64,000 bases of DNA from Gracilinanus agilis (GCF_016433145.1 NC_058132.1:511426811-511490810); one strand, 5' to 3'; counted from the stretch's first letter, positions 13,921 to 26,188 are shown. A program made the numbers and translations. The notes: generated from the sequence alone by a model not told the origin.

Positions 13921-14137
13921 GGGGGCAGTTGGGTGGCTCAGTGGATTGAGAGTCAGGCCTAGAAATGGGAGGCTCTAGGCTCAAATCTGTCCTCAGACAC
14001 TTTCTAGTTGTGTGAATCGGAGCAAGTCACTTAACACCCATTAAATAGCCCTTACCATTCTTCTGCCTTGGAACCAATGCACAGTATTGATACTAAGATG
14101 GAAAGTAAAGGTTTAAAAATAAAATAAAATGAAAAAA
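13921..14137 (+). mobile_element. Marsupial tRNA-derived SINE
   Basis: Full SINE with A-rich tail; same insertion site and 3' flank as the SINE at 26189. Confidence 0.9.
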
Positions 14138-15572
14138 GACCTTTGCAGAATATTTATGCTCTCTAAACCATTGTTATCTCACCAGAAATGATGTTTGGAT
14201 TATGTGTATACTCAGTCTTAGATCTATTCCTAGCCTCAGGTGTGTGGGAGTTGACTAGATAACCATCGTATTTAACTTATCTCAGATTCATTCATTTCCT
14301 TAACTTCTTTCTTATTCATTTTTTGGTTAAATTTATTTAGTTCTGAGAAGGGAAAATTAAAGTCCTCCACTATGATTATTTTATTAGCTGTTTCCACCTT
14401 TTTCTTATTTAATTTTTTTTTCTTAAAAAAATCTGGAAGCTTTAACTCTGGTTGCAGACAGGTCCAATATTAGTAATGCTTCAATATCCACAGTATGTCC
14501 TTACATAATATAGTAACTGTTTTCATCCCTTCCAAATATTCCCATTTTAGCCCCAACTCTGCCAAAGATCATATCTACTTCCCTTCCTTTTCTGGATCAT
14601 CAGAGACAGAATATATTCTTCTTTAACCTCTAATCTTCACTCTGTGTCTCTCTTTTTCAATGAGCTAGTTAACAACTTATTGTAAGATCCTGTTTTCAAA
14701 TCCTTTCTGCTATCTGTTTTCTTCCGATGTGTGAATTCATCCCATTTATATTCAATATCATAGTTAAGATCTGTGCATTTCCATCAGTTCCATTCCTTCT
14801 TACTATTTGTCATCCTCTTCCTTTCTTTCTGCTGTATCTCTCCTCAGGCATCCATTTTCCTTTGACTTTCAATGACACTTCAATTCATACCCTTTCCCTT
14901 ATATCCTCCCTTATCCTCTCCCCTTGCTCTCCTAGTTTCTAATTCATTCATATTTCAAAAGGTCTCTACCTTGTCTCTTTCTCTTTCCCTTTTATTATTC
15001 CATCCACCTTTCCAAAAATTCTTTCCTTATCCCTCAACCATGCCTTCCTTCTTGATGTATAAATATCTCACCCTTATCTTGTCCTATAAGTCTCCCTTAT
15101 CACCTCATCTTACCCCACTATCTCTTGACATGTACTGCCTTCTAGGTAAACTCCCTCTCTTTCGTCTCCTTTCTTATCCGCTTGCCCTCCTTTCCCTTAG
15201 CCCACTCTTCCCCCCCCTAATTCCTTCATCCACCAATGGGACACCCATTCTCTCCATTATCCCATCTTTTTCCCCTCTTGTTTCTCTGTATGTTAAGAAG
15301 ATTTTTACACTCCAAATTATGTATGTTGTTCTCTCTATCCCAGGCCTAAAGAGAGTAGGGTTCTAGTACTATCAGTCATCTACCCACTCCTCCCATTCTT
15401 TGTGACAATTCCCTCACTCATTCCTCCTCCATATGAGATAGTCATCCTATTATACCTCCTCCAGATCTATTCCTTTTTCATTTCAGCTCATTCAATTACA
15501 TTCACATTGACCTGAGGTCTTCAAAATACCCAAACAATAATGTCATTCACAAGAGCTTTTGATGACTTTTGC

Positions 15573-15681
15573 CCTTAAAGGATTCAAACAAATTGACCTT
15601 TAGAACTGCTTATGATTAGTCTTTCCTTAAAGGATTCAAACAAATTGACCTTTAGAACTGCTTATGATTAGTCTTTCCTTA
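15573..15681. repeat. 52-bp perfect tandem duplication (about 2.1 copies)
   Basis: ccttaaaggattcaaacaaattgacctttagaactgcttatgattagtcttt at 15573 and 15625. Confidence 0.95.
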
Positions 15682-16776
15682 CCTCTGTATGTTTCTCATG
15701 AATAAAAATTTTGATAGAGTTTGTAGCTTTTTCTCCAGAGTGGTTGAATATCTTGAGTTCATTAAATACTCATTTTATACCTGTTATAATTATGGTTCTC
15801 TTTTCTTGATGTTATTCTTGGTTATGAGCCCAGTCCTTTCATTCTACAAAATGCTGTGTTACATGTCCTTCACTCTATGAATGTTGTGGCTGTTAAGTCT
15901 TGTATTATTCTGACTGTAGAGCCACAGTGGTTAAGTTTGTTTTTCTTGTTGCTTTGTAATATTTTCTATTTAACCTGGGAGCTATGTAACTTAGCAAAAA
16001 TGTTCCTGTGCATTTTCATCTTTTGGCTCTTTGAGGTGGTGATTGGTGGATTCCTTCCATTTCTATTTTACCCTGTGATTTTAGAATTTTGGAGCAACTT
16101 TCTTGGATGATTTCTTGGAGTAAAATGCTTAAGCCCCTTTAATCATGACTTGCTGAGAGTCCAAGTATTTTTATAATGTTTCATTCTTAATCTATTTGTC
16201 AGGTCAATTGTTTTTATGTTTAAATGTTTCATATTCTCTTCTAATTATTTGATTCTTTTGATTTTGTTTATTATTTCTTGTTGTCTTAGGAAGTCATTAG
16301 TTTCCTCTTGTCCAATTCTAGTTCTTAATAAATTATTGTCTTCCATGAGTTTCTGGATATATTTTCCATTCAAGTGATCTTCCTTTCATAATTTTCTTAT
16401 TTTTTTTTCCAAATTCTAACTGGATCTCTTTCATTTGGTTTTTAAAGTATTTTTCAAGCTCTTTCACAAACTATTTTGGAGCATCTTACCATTTATTTTA
16501 TTCCTTTACTCTTTTTGAAGTAAGTATTTTTACTTCACTATCCTCTGAGCTTGAGCCCAGATCTTCTCTGTCCTCATAGTAGCTTTCAATATCAGGGATC
16601 TTTCTCCTTTGCTTTCTCATATTTTTTATTTTTTAATTTTAAGGGCAAGGCCAATAGACATAATAATTATTTTTTTTGGTTGTTGTTTTTCTTGCTGGAG
16701 TTATAGGATTCCTGATATATTGAGATATATTACTTCAGGTTTCAGGATGTGTATGTCTGTGTCTGTTTGAGAGTAT

Positions 16777-16778
<2 letters not shown>

Positions 16779-16824
<46 letters not shown>
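16779..16824. repeat. (GT)23 microsatellite
   Basis: Direct reading. Confidence 0.95.
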
Positions 16825-16829
<5 letters not shown>

Positions 16830-16927
16830 TTTGGACTTACTGAGTTATTGCAGCTTTTAGAGTCCTAGTTCAGATATACTCCTGGTACCCCATTCAAACC
16901 CCAATCAATACTTGACCTCAGGTGTAC

Positions 16928-17601
16928 TGTTGTTGAAGATTAGATTAGTTAGTAATTAAGAATTAAGGTGTATCTAGCAGGAAGGAGCTGGAGCTGGGAA
17001 TTCTAAGATGGAATGAAGGAGCAGGAAGAAGTGACTTGGGCTCTGAGGGACTCCATTAGGGGTTAGCACAAACTGTGGTTAGCCCTGGGAGAACTCAGAG
17101 TAAAAGGACATCCTGCATCCCGATTTTCCCTGGGATCCTGTGTGGTGGTGGCATCTAGCAAAGAGGTCAAGATCTTCAGTGCTGTACCAAGGGAAGGGGA
17201 GAAGTTTGAGATCTGGTGGACAGCGTCTTAAGCAAACCCTCCCTATTTGGTACCTGAGACTACCTTGGCTCTTGGCATCCAGAGATCATCGGTGGATTGC
17301 AGTGAGAACCCCAAAGCCACATCAGCCCTTAGCTGTGCTCAAGCCTGGCAGGACCAGGTCTGAGACAGTCACCCAGAGACTCCATTACAGCTCCTTGGGC
17401 CCTGTCTACACTAAGTTAGTTTAGAAATAATTCCTCCCCTTTCCTTGTGGGTTTTGTCATTAGGTTTTAAGGGTTTAGAGTAGACATCCCTATCCCACCT
17501 TTTAGTTGTTCATAATTAAAACCAGGTATAACCTGTTACCTTGCCTGTTGGATTCAAAGCCTCTGGCCCAGGATGACAGTTGATCAACTGTCCCTTTGAC
17601 A
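16928..17601 (+). mobile_element. Probable solo LTR
   Basis: TG...GACA termini, ATTAAA near 17516, LTR-like composition; TSD not clear. Confidence 0.5.
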
Positions 17602-18229
17602 GTTAGGAGCAGCTTGACTGTTCTGGTCTCCATGTCCAAGTCTAGTCTCTCATAAACCCCAGTGTGTGTACTCACAAATCACTTAGTTATATTATAATAT
17701 CTCTGGTGTCTCCATTACCCTTACTTATCATTTTCTACAGTACCAACCATAACCCTTGGGCAGAGCTGCCACTGAAACTACAAGCAGACAGCTGATCTTC
17801 CCCTGTGGCAACCACCAGAGGGTCCACTCTCATGGGAGAGACCATAGCTGATGGTGCCATAGACCCTCAACACTCATATTCACTGATGTGTGCTATTTCC
17901 TAAACTTCCACTCCTACTGCCATGGCATAAGATAGAGCAAGTGTCTAGTCCACATTTCTCTAAACTCTAAAGTCTCTAGTTAGTTTTCAGTGAAGCTTGA
18001 GTTCTTGCCCTTAGGGCGTGGTGATAATAGATTCTGTGATGTCCACTCCTTTGGACACCAGCTGTGGGGGAGGGAGGGATCTCTGGAGCTCAGGTTGCAG
18101 ACACAGATACTTTGTCTGCAGATTCCAGTGGCATCCTTGGGGATACAAGATGTGGGGCTCAGCAAACAAAGTGAGATTGCTAATCCTGTTCTCTGGGGTT
18201 ACCTTGTTCATTCCACTAAGATATGATCA

Positions 18230-19230
18230 AAATGGATACATGAACTAGACATTAAAAGATATGATAAATAATATAGAAGAATAGGGAGCATTTTACTTAT
18301 TAGATGGATGGATAAGAAAGGAACTGATGAGCCAAAGAGATGAAAAGCAATATTAAAAATAAAATGGACAATTCTGAGTACATCAAATTGAAAACTTTTG
18401 AATCAGTAAAACAAATTTTGTAAAGATTAGAAGGAAAACAGAAAATGGGGTAGGAAATTTTATAGATAGCCCCTCAGAGAAAGCCTTCATATCTGAAATA
18501 TATTGAGAGCTGTACCAAATTTATGAGAATAAGAGCAATACCCCAATTGATACTTGAATAGGAACAAACAATTTTGGATGAAAACATCAAAACCATATTC
18601 AGGTATAAGAAAAAATGCTCTAACAAACTACTGGCTAGAGAACTACCAACAAAAACAGTTCTGAGATATCACTTCACACACACACCAGACTGGCTAAAAT
18701 GAAAAAAAGGGCAAAATGACCAATGTTGGAAGGGATGTAGGAAACAATGGGGCCACAAATGCACAGTCAGGGCATCTCAGAAATGATCCAACCATATTGG
18801 AGAGCAATTTGGAATTAAACTCAGAAAGGTATAAAGCTCTGTATAGCCCTGTTTCCCAAAGAGATTAGCTTAAAAGAAAAAGAACTCATGAGTTCCAAAA
18901 CATTTATAACATCTCTCTTTATGGTAGCCAAGAATTAGAAACTGAGGGGATGCCCATCATTTGGAGAATGGTTAAAAACAATGGTGGTGTATATTATTGG
19001 GATGGAATAATCCTGCCCCATGAGAAAAGATGAGCAGTCTAATTAGGGGAAAAAATGGAAAGGATTATGAACATACAGGATAATGAATAGTGAAATGAGC
19101 ATAACCAAGAGAGTATAATATACAGTGAAAGAAATAATACTGGAAGATTAACTTGTGAATGTTACTTTCAGAGAGTGAACTGAAAGGTGAAAACATGAAG
19201 CCTTTAATTTCTATGAACATATTGGTCTGC
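18230..19230 (+). mobile_element. L1 ORF2 3' fragment
   Basis: aaatggatacatgaactagacattaaa (KWIHELDIK) and downstream ORF2 C-terminal motifs; paralogous to 27900-28950. Confidence 0.8.
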
Positions 19231-19268
19231 CAACTGTGATGTGGGGAGGGTGGTCAGGGGTTTGGACT

Positions 19269-20100
19269 TGGAAGGATGATATTAGAAAATAAGTATTGTT
19301 TTATTAGTTTAAAGATAAGAAGTAGAGAAGCTGGCTTGGAGTTTCAAATAGAGCTGAGAGATTTGGAGAGCTGAGAGAATTGGAGTTTCGAATAGAGCTG
19401 AGAGAGAGCGTTAATTTCAACTGGTGCAGTTATAACCATTATTTCTATGACAGTTACACTCTCTGGGTGTGGCATTCCAGGAGTGGGCTTTTGGAAGTCG
19501 ACAGAGCCACATGCAGCTGCTTTCTCTCTCAGGGCTGGAGAAGGTAACATCTTTGCCTCTCTCTATCTCTGTCTGAGGGAAAGACTTGAAGGAGGGAAGC
19601 GTTTTCTTTTCCAACTTGGGAAACACTATTCATTTATCTGTTACTGCCTATAGACTGGTTAAACTGTGAAAAGACCAAACGAAACCTGATCTTTGGTTTG
19701 GACTCTGAATCTGTTAAGGCTCGGAGTCTTAATTTGATTCTTGTGGAGACTCAATTAGCTAGCCTTGGTTATCTTTATAACTTAAAGGTGAAGTTAAGAG
19801 TTAGAGTGGTTATGTTTATTTAGAATAGTATAAATTTGGTTAGATAGATCAGGGAGGATTAGTGTAGCCTGTGAACCACAGGAGAAGCAGCTCCTTGTGG
19901 GACCTGGGAGTTTATTTGGGTGGAGTTAGAATCCCTTAGAATTAGAAATCCTTTTCCTCATATATATTTAAATAAAAAGTTTATTTTCTATAACAAGAGT
20001 CTTTAAGTGTTTCTGGTGCCTGGCCCTGAAGGGAAGTTCATCTTTGAGCTTCACATCACTTACCACTGAAGATATCATCTATCAAAAGTATCTAGAATCA
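19269..20100 (+). mobile_element. ERV LTR upstream of TRIM gene A
   Basis: LTR-like with internal gagctgagaga repeats and AATAAA near 19972; followed by gag-like sequence; absent at the paralogous site near 28960. Confidence 0.6.
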
Positions 20101-20559
20101 ATTTTCATCCTTTATTTTCTTGTTCTTTGTCCTTATTTGTGTGCTTGCCTATATTATTTTTACAGTTTGTCGAGCCACAAAGGATGAAGAACCTAAAAAG
20201 TCTGATTTTAAGGGTCCAACTGTCAACTTGGGTGGTTGGAACCATTATCTCAGCAGGGGGGTCTGTTGAGGTAGCTAGAGCTGAAAGTTTCATTGTGAGC
20301 TGTAGTAACAGTGAGCTGAACTCTAGCTTGCTAAAAACTCATCTCCCAGTCAACTTGATACAAAGACTCTGCAGTCTCAGAAAACCTGATGAATTAGCTA
20401 CATAAAATCACCATGGAATTTTTTCTGTTATCTATGAATTCTCTCATTTTTAATATTATACCAGGATATTTACAGAATTTACTTGCCTATGACTTCTTAA
20501 TGCCACTACTCTCATTGACACTGTTACAACTAATTTCTTATGTCCCTGTGCTACTATTG

Positions 20560-21410
20560 TTTTTCATGTGCTTTTACATGATGATCAAATCTTTGGCAGT
20601 CGTGTTTAAACATTTAAAAGCAAGCATCAAACAAGATACTGCAAAAAATGATCTAATGTTAAAAGTGAAGTAACTAGAGACTAAACTAGATAAAATGCAA
20701 CTCAATATGAAGATTTCTCAAGGCTAAAGGGACAATTGCAGAAACTAAAGAATATGAAGCAACTAAATTAGAGAGTGCAACTAAATTAGATAAACCAACT
20801 AAATTAGAAATGGAAACTGAAGCATTAGAAAGCAAACCAGCTCATATGTTCCCTCTAAGACAGGTACCCATAGTAAACCCAGAACATGGTATACAGAAGC
20901 TCATAAGCCACAAAAGGTTTTCACAAACTGATATTGACAATTTTAAGAAAAATACTCCAAAATATGAAGAAGAACCAGTGGGAGTTGTAAGGCAATTCAA
21001 GTGCTTAATTAAGCTTTACAACCCTTCTTATTTGGACTTTGACATCCTTATGGATGAATTATTGACAAAAAGAGACAAACAGCAGATTTAGATGACACTA
21101 ATAATAACCTTCTAATTGCTGATTGGCCAACTGAGGACCCTGGTTGGGAAGTTAACTCTGTTTTGGGGTACAGAAATTTAACTACAGCCAGGGAGGCAAT
21201 AATTGAAACTATGAGACAAAATTCCAGATGTCCAGGAACCTGATCTAAATTTGAGCACCTAAAGAAGGAAGTGGGAAAGACTCCCTCCACTTTCCTCGAT
21301 AAAATTATTGACTATGTAGAAAAATGGATTGGGTTGGATATTTTAACAGGTGAAAATGTAAATCACATTCACAGGCAGTTTGTGAAAAATTGCATGTTTC
21401 GCACTTGCAT
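20560..21410 (+). pseudogene. ERV gag fragment (coiled-coil plus capsid)
   Basis: MFPLRQVP..RFSQTDIDNFKKNTPKYEEEP..YNPSYLDFDILM..WPTEDPGW..PSTFLDKI..HRQFVKN resembles class I capsid; stops and frameshifts present. Confidence 0.8.
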
Positions 21411-21718
21411 TTGTGGAAACAATTTTGAACTTTATTTTCTAGTTCTTTGTCCTTATTTGTGAATTTTCAAGCCCATTATAGTAATTTCCAAAAAAAAAAA
21501 GTTGAAAACTCAGTTCTTTTACAGAGACAAGAGGCAGTGTGACCAACACAGGAGTTCTCAGCTTTCCAGAGAGGAGTAAGGAGAAGAGCTCAAATAATGA
21601 AGGTCCAAGAAAAGGCAGGCTAAACTGGGGATCTTTGGTCATAGTAATAAGAAGAAAAGGAGGTTTGGTTTTTTTTTTTCCCCCAAGAGATGGTAATAAT
21701 GAGTCACGGAATAAGAAG

Positions 21719-21827
21719 AAAGGTGAGAACTCAGGCCTAAACAGAGGCTGAAGCACTATCAAAACATGAGTTCTCACCTTTTGTGGGTGGAGTCAAGGGA
21801 GGGGCTACCAAAGACATACACATAAAA
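21719..21827 (+). promoter_or_regulatory. Putative gene A proximal promoter (15-bp inverted repeat, GT-box-like gggtggag, CATAAAA)
   Basis: aaaggtgagaactca (21719-21733) and tgagttctcaccttt (21767-21781); CATAAAA at 21821 at the position where the other promoter types have TATAAAA. Confidence 0.45.
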
Positions 21828-21942
21828 AGACTACCACAACTGGGTCCTGGTATCTTTGGCTGCCAGATCCCAAGGGGCAAAGGCTGCCATTATCTCTCCT
21901 GGGAGGAATATCTGAGAAGGAAGGAATCAGAAGCCTGGGAGC

Positions 21943-23352
21943 ATGGATCCAAGAGATTTACTGGAAAACCTCAAGGCAGATCTGACTTGCTCTATCTGCC
22001 TGGGCTACTTCACAGACCCAGTGACTGTCAGTTGTGGCCATAGCTTTTGCACAGTCTGCCTTCTGAGGTGCAGGGGAGAAGCAGAGTCAACATTCCACTG
22101 CCCAGAATGCAGAGGAATCATCGAAGAAGATGATGTGTTGCCTAATAGGAATTTGCAGACTATGTCTGTCACTGGCAAAAGGCTCAGACCTCATCTGCTT
22201 CAGAGCATTGTGGACCTGTCTGTGTGTCATAAACATGGGGAGAAAGAGAAGCTCTTCTGTGAAGAAGACCAGAGACTTCTCTGTGGTTCCTGTTCATTAT
22301 CCCCAGGGCACAAGGACCACAGAGTCCTTCCCCTGCAAATGGCTGCTGACAAGTGCAGGGACAAGATCAAGCACACCCTGAATAACTTACAACGAAAAAA
22401 AGAAGAATTTAATGTTGCCTTGGACAGAGCGGCCAGGAGAGAGGCACTCTGTGACAAGGCTATACACTCTTTGAAACAATCTTTTATTTCAGAATACAGG
22501 AAAGTACATGAATTCTTATGGGAGGAAGAAGAGCTCTATCTACAAAGACTAGACCAGCAATACACAGACATCTTGGCAAAACTGGAGCTCAACAAGACCA
22601 AACTGTCTCAACAGATTGAAAATCTGGAAAGAATGCAATTAGAAGTAGAGGACAATTTGGAGAAGGGGCCCTTGGAAATGCTCCAAGATGTGAAAGGCAC
22701 TTTGGAAAGGCATGAGGAGCTGCTACTTCAAGAACCAGAGGTTATTTCCCTTGCCTGGGCCACCAGCCCCATCACTGGCTTGAGAGAGATGCTCATGAGA
22801 TTCCAGAGTGACATCAGTCTTGATCCTGAATCAGCCCATCCACATCTCATCCTGTCTGAAGATCTGAAGAGTGTCAAGTATGGAGATGTCCCACGGGACC
22901 TGCCTGACAACCAGCAAAGGTTCGATAGTGCTCCTGCTGTACTGGGGGACCAGACCTTCACTTCAGGCAAACACTATTGGGAGGTGAAAGTAGGAAATAA
23001 AACAGCTTGGGAAGTGGGAATCTGTAAAGATCCGGTCAGGAGAAAGGGACAAGTCTCCTCATTATCTAAGGATGCATGGACCCTCGTCAGTCTGGGATCT
23101 CGATATCATTGCTTCCTCTGGAATTGTAAATATGGCATCCATAGGAGCGAGCCTATAGACAAAGTAGGCATTTTCCTCGATTATGATAAAAGACATATAG
23201 CATTTTATGATGCCATAGACGGATCCTTAATTTCTAGTTTCTCAGACATGGTCTTTGAAGGGCCTCTTCGCCCTTACTTTTCTCCTTGCTGTCCTAATGG
23301 AGAAAGTACTCAAGGGTCAATTATGCTAATTGATGTGGGAGATTCTCACTGA
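21943..23352 (+). CDS. TRIM E3 ligase, gene A (RING, B-box2, CC, PRY/SPRY; TRIM60/75-like), intronless CDS, 469 aa
   Basis: Intact C3HC4 RING (CSIC..CGHSFC..C..CPEC), B-box2 (CHKH..FC..D..LLCGSC..H..H) and PRY/SPRY (LDPESAHPHL, GKHYWEV, VGIFLDYD, GPLRPYF). Confidence 0.97.
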   Translation: MDPRDLLENLKADLTCSICLGYFTDPVTVSCGHSFCTVCLLRCRGEAESTFHCPECRGIIEEDDVLPNRNLQTMSVTGKRLRPHLLQSIVDLSVCHKHGEKEKLFCEEDQRLLCGSCSLSPGHKDHRVLPLQMAADKCRDKIKHTLNNLQRKKEEFNVALDRAARREALCDKAIHSLKQSFISEYRKVHEFLWEEEELYLQRLDQQYTDILAKLELNKTKLSQQIENLERMQLEVEDNLEKGPLEMLQDVKGTLERHEELLLQEPEVISLAWATSPITGLREMLMRFQSDISLDPESAHPHLILSEDLKSVKYGDVPRDLPDNQQRFDSAPAVLGDQTFTSGKHYWEVKVGNKTAWEVGICKDPVRRKGQVSSLSKDAWTLVSLGSRYHCFLWNCKYGIHRSEPIDKVGIFLDYDKRHIAFYDAIDGSLISSFSDMVFEGPLRPYFSPCCPNGESTQGSIMLIDVGDSH

Positions 23353-23456
23353 GGAGTGAATGACAATGACTTGAAAGTGACTTTCTCTTCATTTCAACTT
23401 GTGTTAAAATGGACAACGGTAATTGTGTAAAATTGTTAAACCCTATAGAGAATAAA

Positions 23457-23900
23457 TCTGAACAAATTTTGGATATAATTGTATGAAATACTTTTGTGCC
23501 ATAACAAATTACTGAAGATAATGATTAAAAAAAACTGGAAAATTTTGTATAAAGTTCAGGAAAGTGAAGTGAGCAGAACTAAGAGAATACTGCACAGAAT
23601 GACATTTAATATACCATGAAAAGCTATTGTCAATATTACAAATGCTCAAGTACAACTCCAAAGGACTCATGATGAAGAAACGAATTTTACTGCCAAAGGA
23701 GAAACCCAGTGGGTCTGAATGCAGTTTGAAACACACCATTCTTCACTTTACTACCCCAATGAATTCTTCTTTATCTTGTAAACAGTAAGTTTCTTTTTTT
23801 CACAACATGATGAACATATATTTATGAAATATATATTTATGCATCCTATATTATATTACCTGTCTTCTTGGAGAAGGGTGGTAGAGAGGTGTATTAAAAG
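23457..23900 (+). mobile_element. L1 3' fragment just downstream of the gene (repeated at +8042 x3; older homologue at 55600-56050)
   Basis: ctgaacaaattttgg...gaaagtgaagtgagcagaact resembles the L1 ORF2 C-terminus and 3' UTR. Confidence 0.7.
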
Positions 23901-26188
23901 AACGAGATAAAGATTTTTGGACAAAACTCATTTGTGAATTTTTTCCCTTGGATAAAAGGGTTTATAATTATTTATTACATATTTATAACAAATCTTGTAT
24001 TATTACTGTTATAAATAAAAATAAAAAAGTGTTAGTTAAAAAATAATACAGTTTATTTTGTTTACTTGGAGCAGAAGAGCAAAGAAGGAAGCAAAGGAGC
24101 AGGAGTGAGTAGGAGAGAAGAAGGAGGGGGAGGAGAGATGAAGAGGGAAGAGTAGAGAAGAAGGAGGGGGTTAGGGGAGACAGAAAAGAAATAGGTGAGA
24201 AGGACTGAGGAGAGAAAAAAAGTTGCAAAAATTTTCAAGCACAGAAGTATGAAGAGAGAGATGAAAAAATGCTAAATGAATAAATAAATATTCATTTCAA
24301 TCGATGTTGAAATTGTCAATAAAGTTGAGCTTGATCATCAAAACCAAATAAAATAAAGTATTTAATTTATATTTGATAATTTTGAAAATGGGAGTTTTTT
24401 TTCTAATTAACATTATGATGATCCACAAACATTTAATTTGCAGATCAGGTATAAAGGGAGGCTGAAAAAAACATGAATGAAGGTGGGGGAAAGGGAGGTA
24501 AAAACGTTTTAAAAATAGAGACTGAGGAAGAGGGAGATGAAAGAATGCTGAATGAATGAACAAATGAATGAATGAGGGAATGATTCCTTTCAATGACCTC
24601 CTTGGGAGATTGGTATGGAAAAGTGATGTTTCTGAGTGAGATACAACACAAAATGAGGATCATAGCTGCCTCAAGGGACTTCTACCGGATCAGGACAGAG
24701 AAGATTTCTAAAGAAATAAATATATTATCAAAAAGTATATTAAATAAGAATCACAAAAGATAAGGGAAGAGTAGGTAACTGAGGCAAGATATTTTATGAA
24801 ATAAACTTTATTACTACTTTCTGTTATGGTGGCTTCTCCTTTTCAATCTTCCCCTCCATCTTTTCAGAGAGCTCTGACATCTGACATCATAGGAGACATT
24901 TCACTGTCACTATATCTCTAATGAAAAAACAGGTATTTTCTACACATTCTCCATTGGCTAGAAAGCCTAAAAGACACTCATCTTTGTTTTGAAGTTCCTG
25001 GATGTGAACAACATTGTGAATGACTAGACACATTATTGTGAATAAGAAGGGGAAGGGAGGGGAGGGGAGAACTCTATCCCTTTATAGAGACTAGAAGCAC
25101 TAAAGGGCTTAAGAATTCTCGGATTTAGAAAAAGGACTAAAGGAAAGAGTTTAAAGGGTGAAATTACAAAAAAAAAAAAAAGGGTAACATAAAATAAATT
25201 AAAAAACCTTTTTTTCTGCTACAACTCTGAGGAAAGTGCTAGCCTTATCTTTGATGAGTAGGATATCAGAGAAGAAAGAAATAAGAATTAAATTTCTCTT
25301 TAAAGAAAGTTAATTTTTAAAAGATTTTTTCATTCATATAATTAGTAACTACCACCACCATAAAAAACATTTAAATAAAAGAATGGATGAAAAATTATAT
25401 GCAAAAGCACAATTTCTACATTGTTCACAATTTGTCAAAATATGTAAATTATATGTGTTAATATAAACATCTGTGTTTGAGTTCCCTTTAGATTTGTTTT
25501 ACTTTGATACTTTTTTCTCTTGGCTTTGTAGCTCTTTGGTTCTTAATGTAACCATCGTATTATTATTAATCTTTATTCTTCTCTTTTCATCTCTTCATAT
25601 ATTTTCCTTATTTTCTTTATATTTCCAATATTTGTCATTTCTAATAAAATAATAGAATCTATTACATTAAAATATCACAATCTATTCAGCCATTTCTCCC
25701 AATCATTGCAACTGTGTTATCCCTAGTTATTTTGTCCTTACAAACAAAGCTTCCATAAACATTTTTATACATGCACAATTTTTTAGCTTCTCAATAATTC
25801 CCTTAAGGCCTAATCCAGGTAATGGGATCTCTAATGAGCATGAGCAACTTTACAGCTCTTAGTGTATATTTCCATCTTGTTTTCTAAAAAACAACTTACA
25901 GTTGATATAGCAATGTAATATTAGGTATGGTTCCACATGTTCCTATACCCATTTAATTTGATCAATTTAACCTGTCTTATTCTCAGTTAATATGCATCCC
26001 CAGGGCCATATTTAGCTAGATTGGTCCTTGGGCAGAAGGTACAATCTGTTTCCAGATCCATACTCTTTCCAAAACCAAGTGTTTTCTAGCTTGGTCATAC
26101 CTAGTAGAACATTTTTTTCCAATGCCACAATCCCTCAGAAGTACAAGATTACCTCCATTGTATGTTGAGTGTTGAAGTAAGAATTTTA

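Larger units (their letters stand above)
14280..18230 (-). mobile_element. Old L1 5' half (endonuclease, inter-ORF, ORF1, 5' UTR), decayed
   Basis: Reverse strand near 14360 reads VEDFNFPFSE, like the endonuclease GDFNTPLS motif; T-rich plus strand. The ORF1 and 5' UTR assignment is positional. Confidence 0.6.

Noticed and set aside
14727-16110. Hydrophobic Leu/Phe/Ser-rich ORFs (also 23983-24663, 56232-56550)
   Set aside because: Artefacts of T-rich or polypyrimidine strands of L1 and simple repeats.
21783-22043. Out-of-frame upstream ORFs overlapping the TRIM start (also 29824 etc.)
   Set aside because: They start at GTG rather than ATG, and lengths differ between promoter types.
21943-23352. 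Assigning a specific symbol (TRIM60, TRIM61, TRIM75, TRIM5)
   Set aside because: The architecture fits, but orthology needs phylogeny and synteny that are not available here.
23457-23900. Idea that the TRIM retrogene arose as an mRNA-L1 chimera
   Set aside because: The 9.5-kb paralogue lacks this L1 piece, so it is a later insertion shared by A and B.
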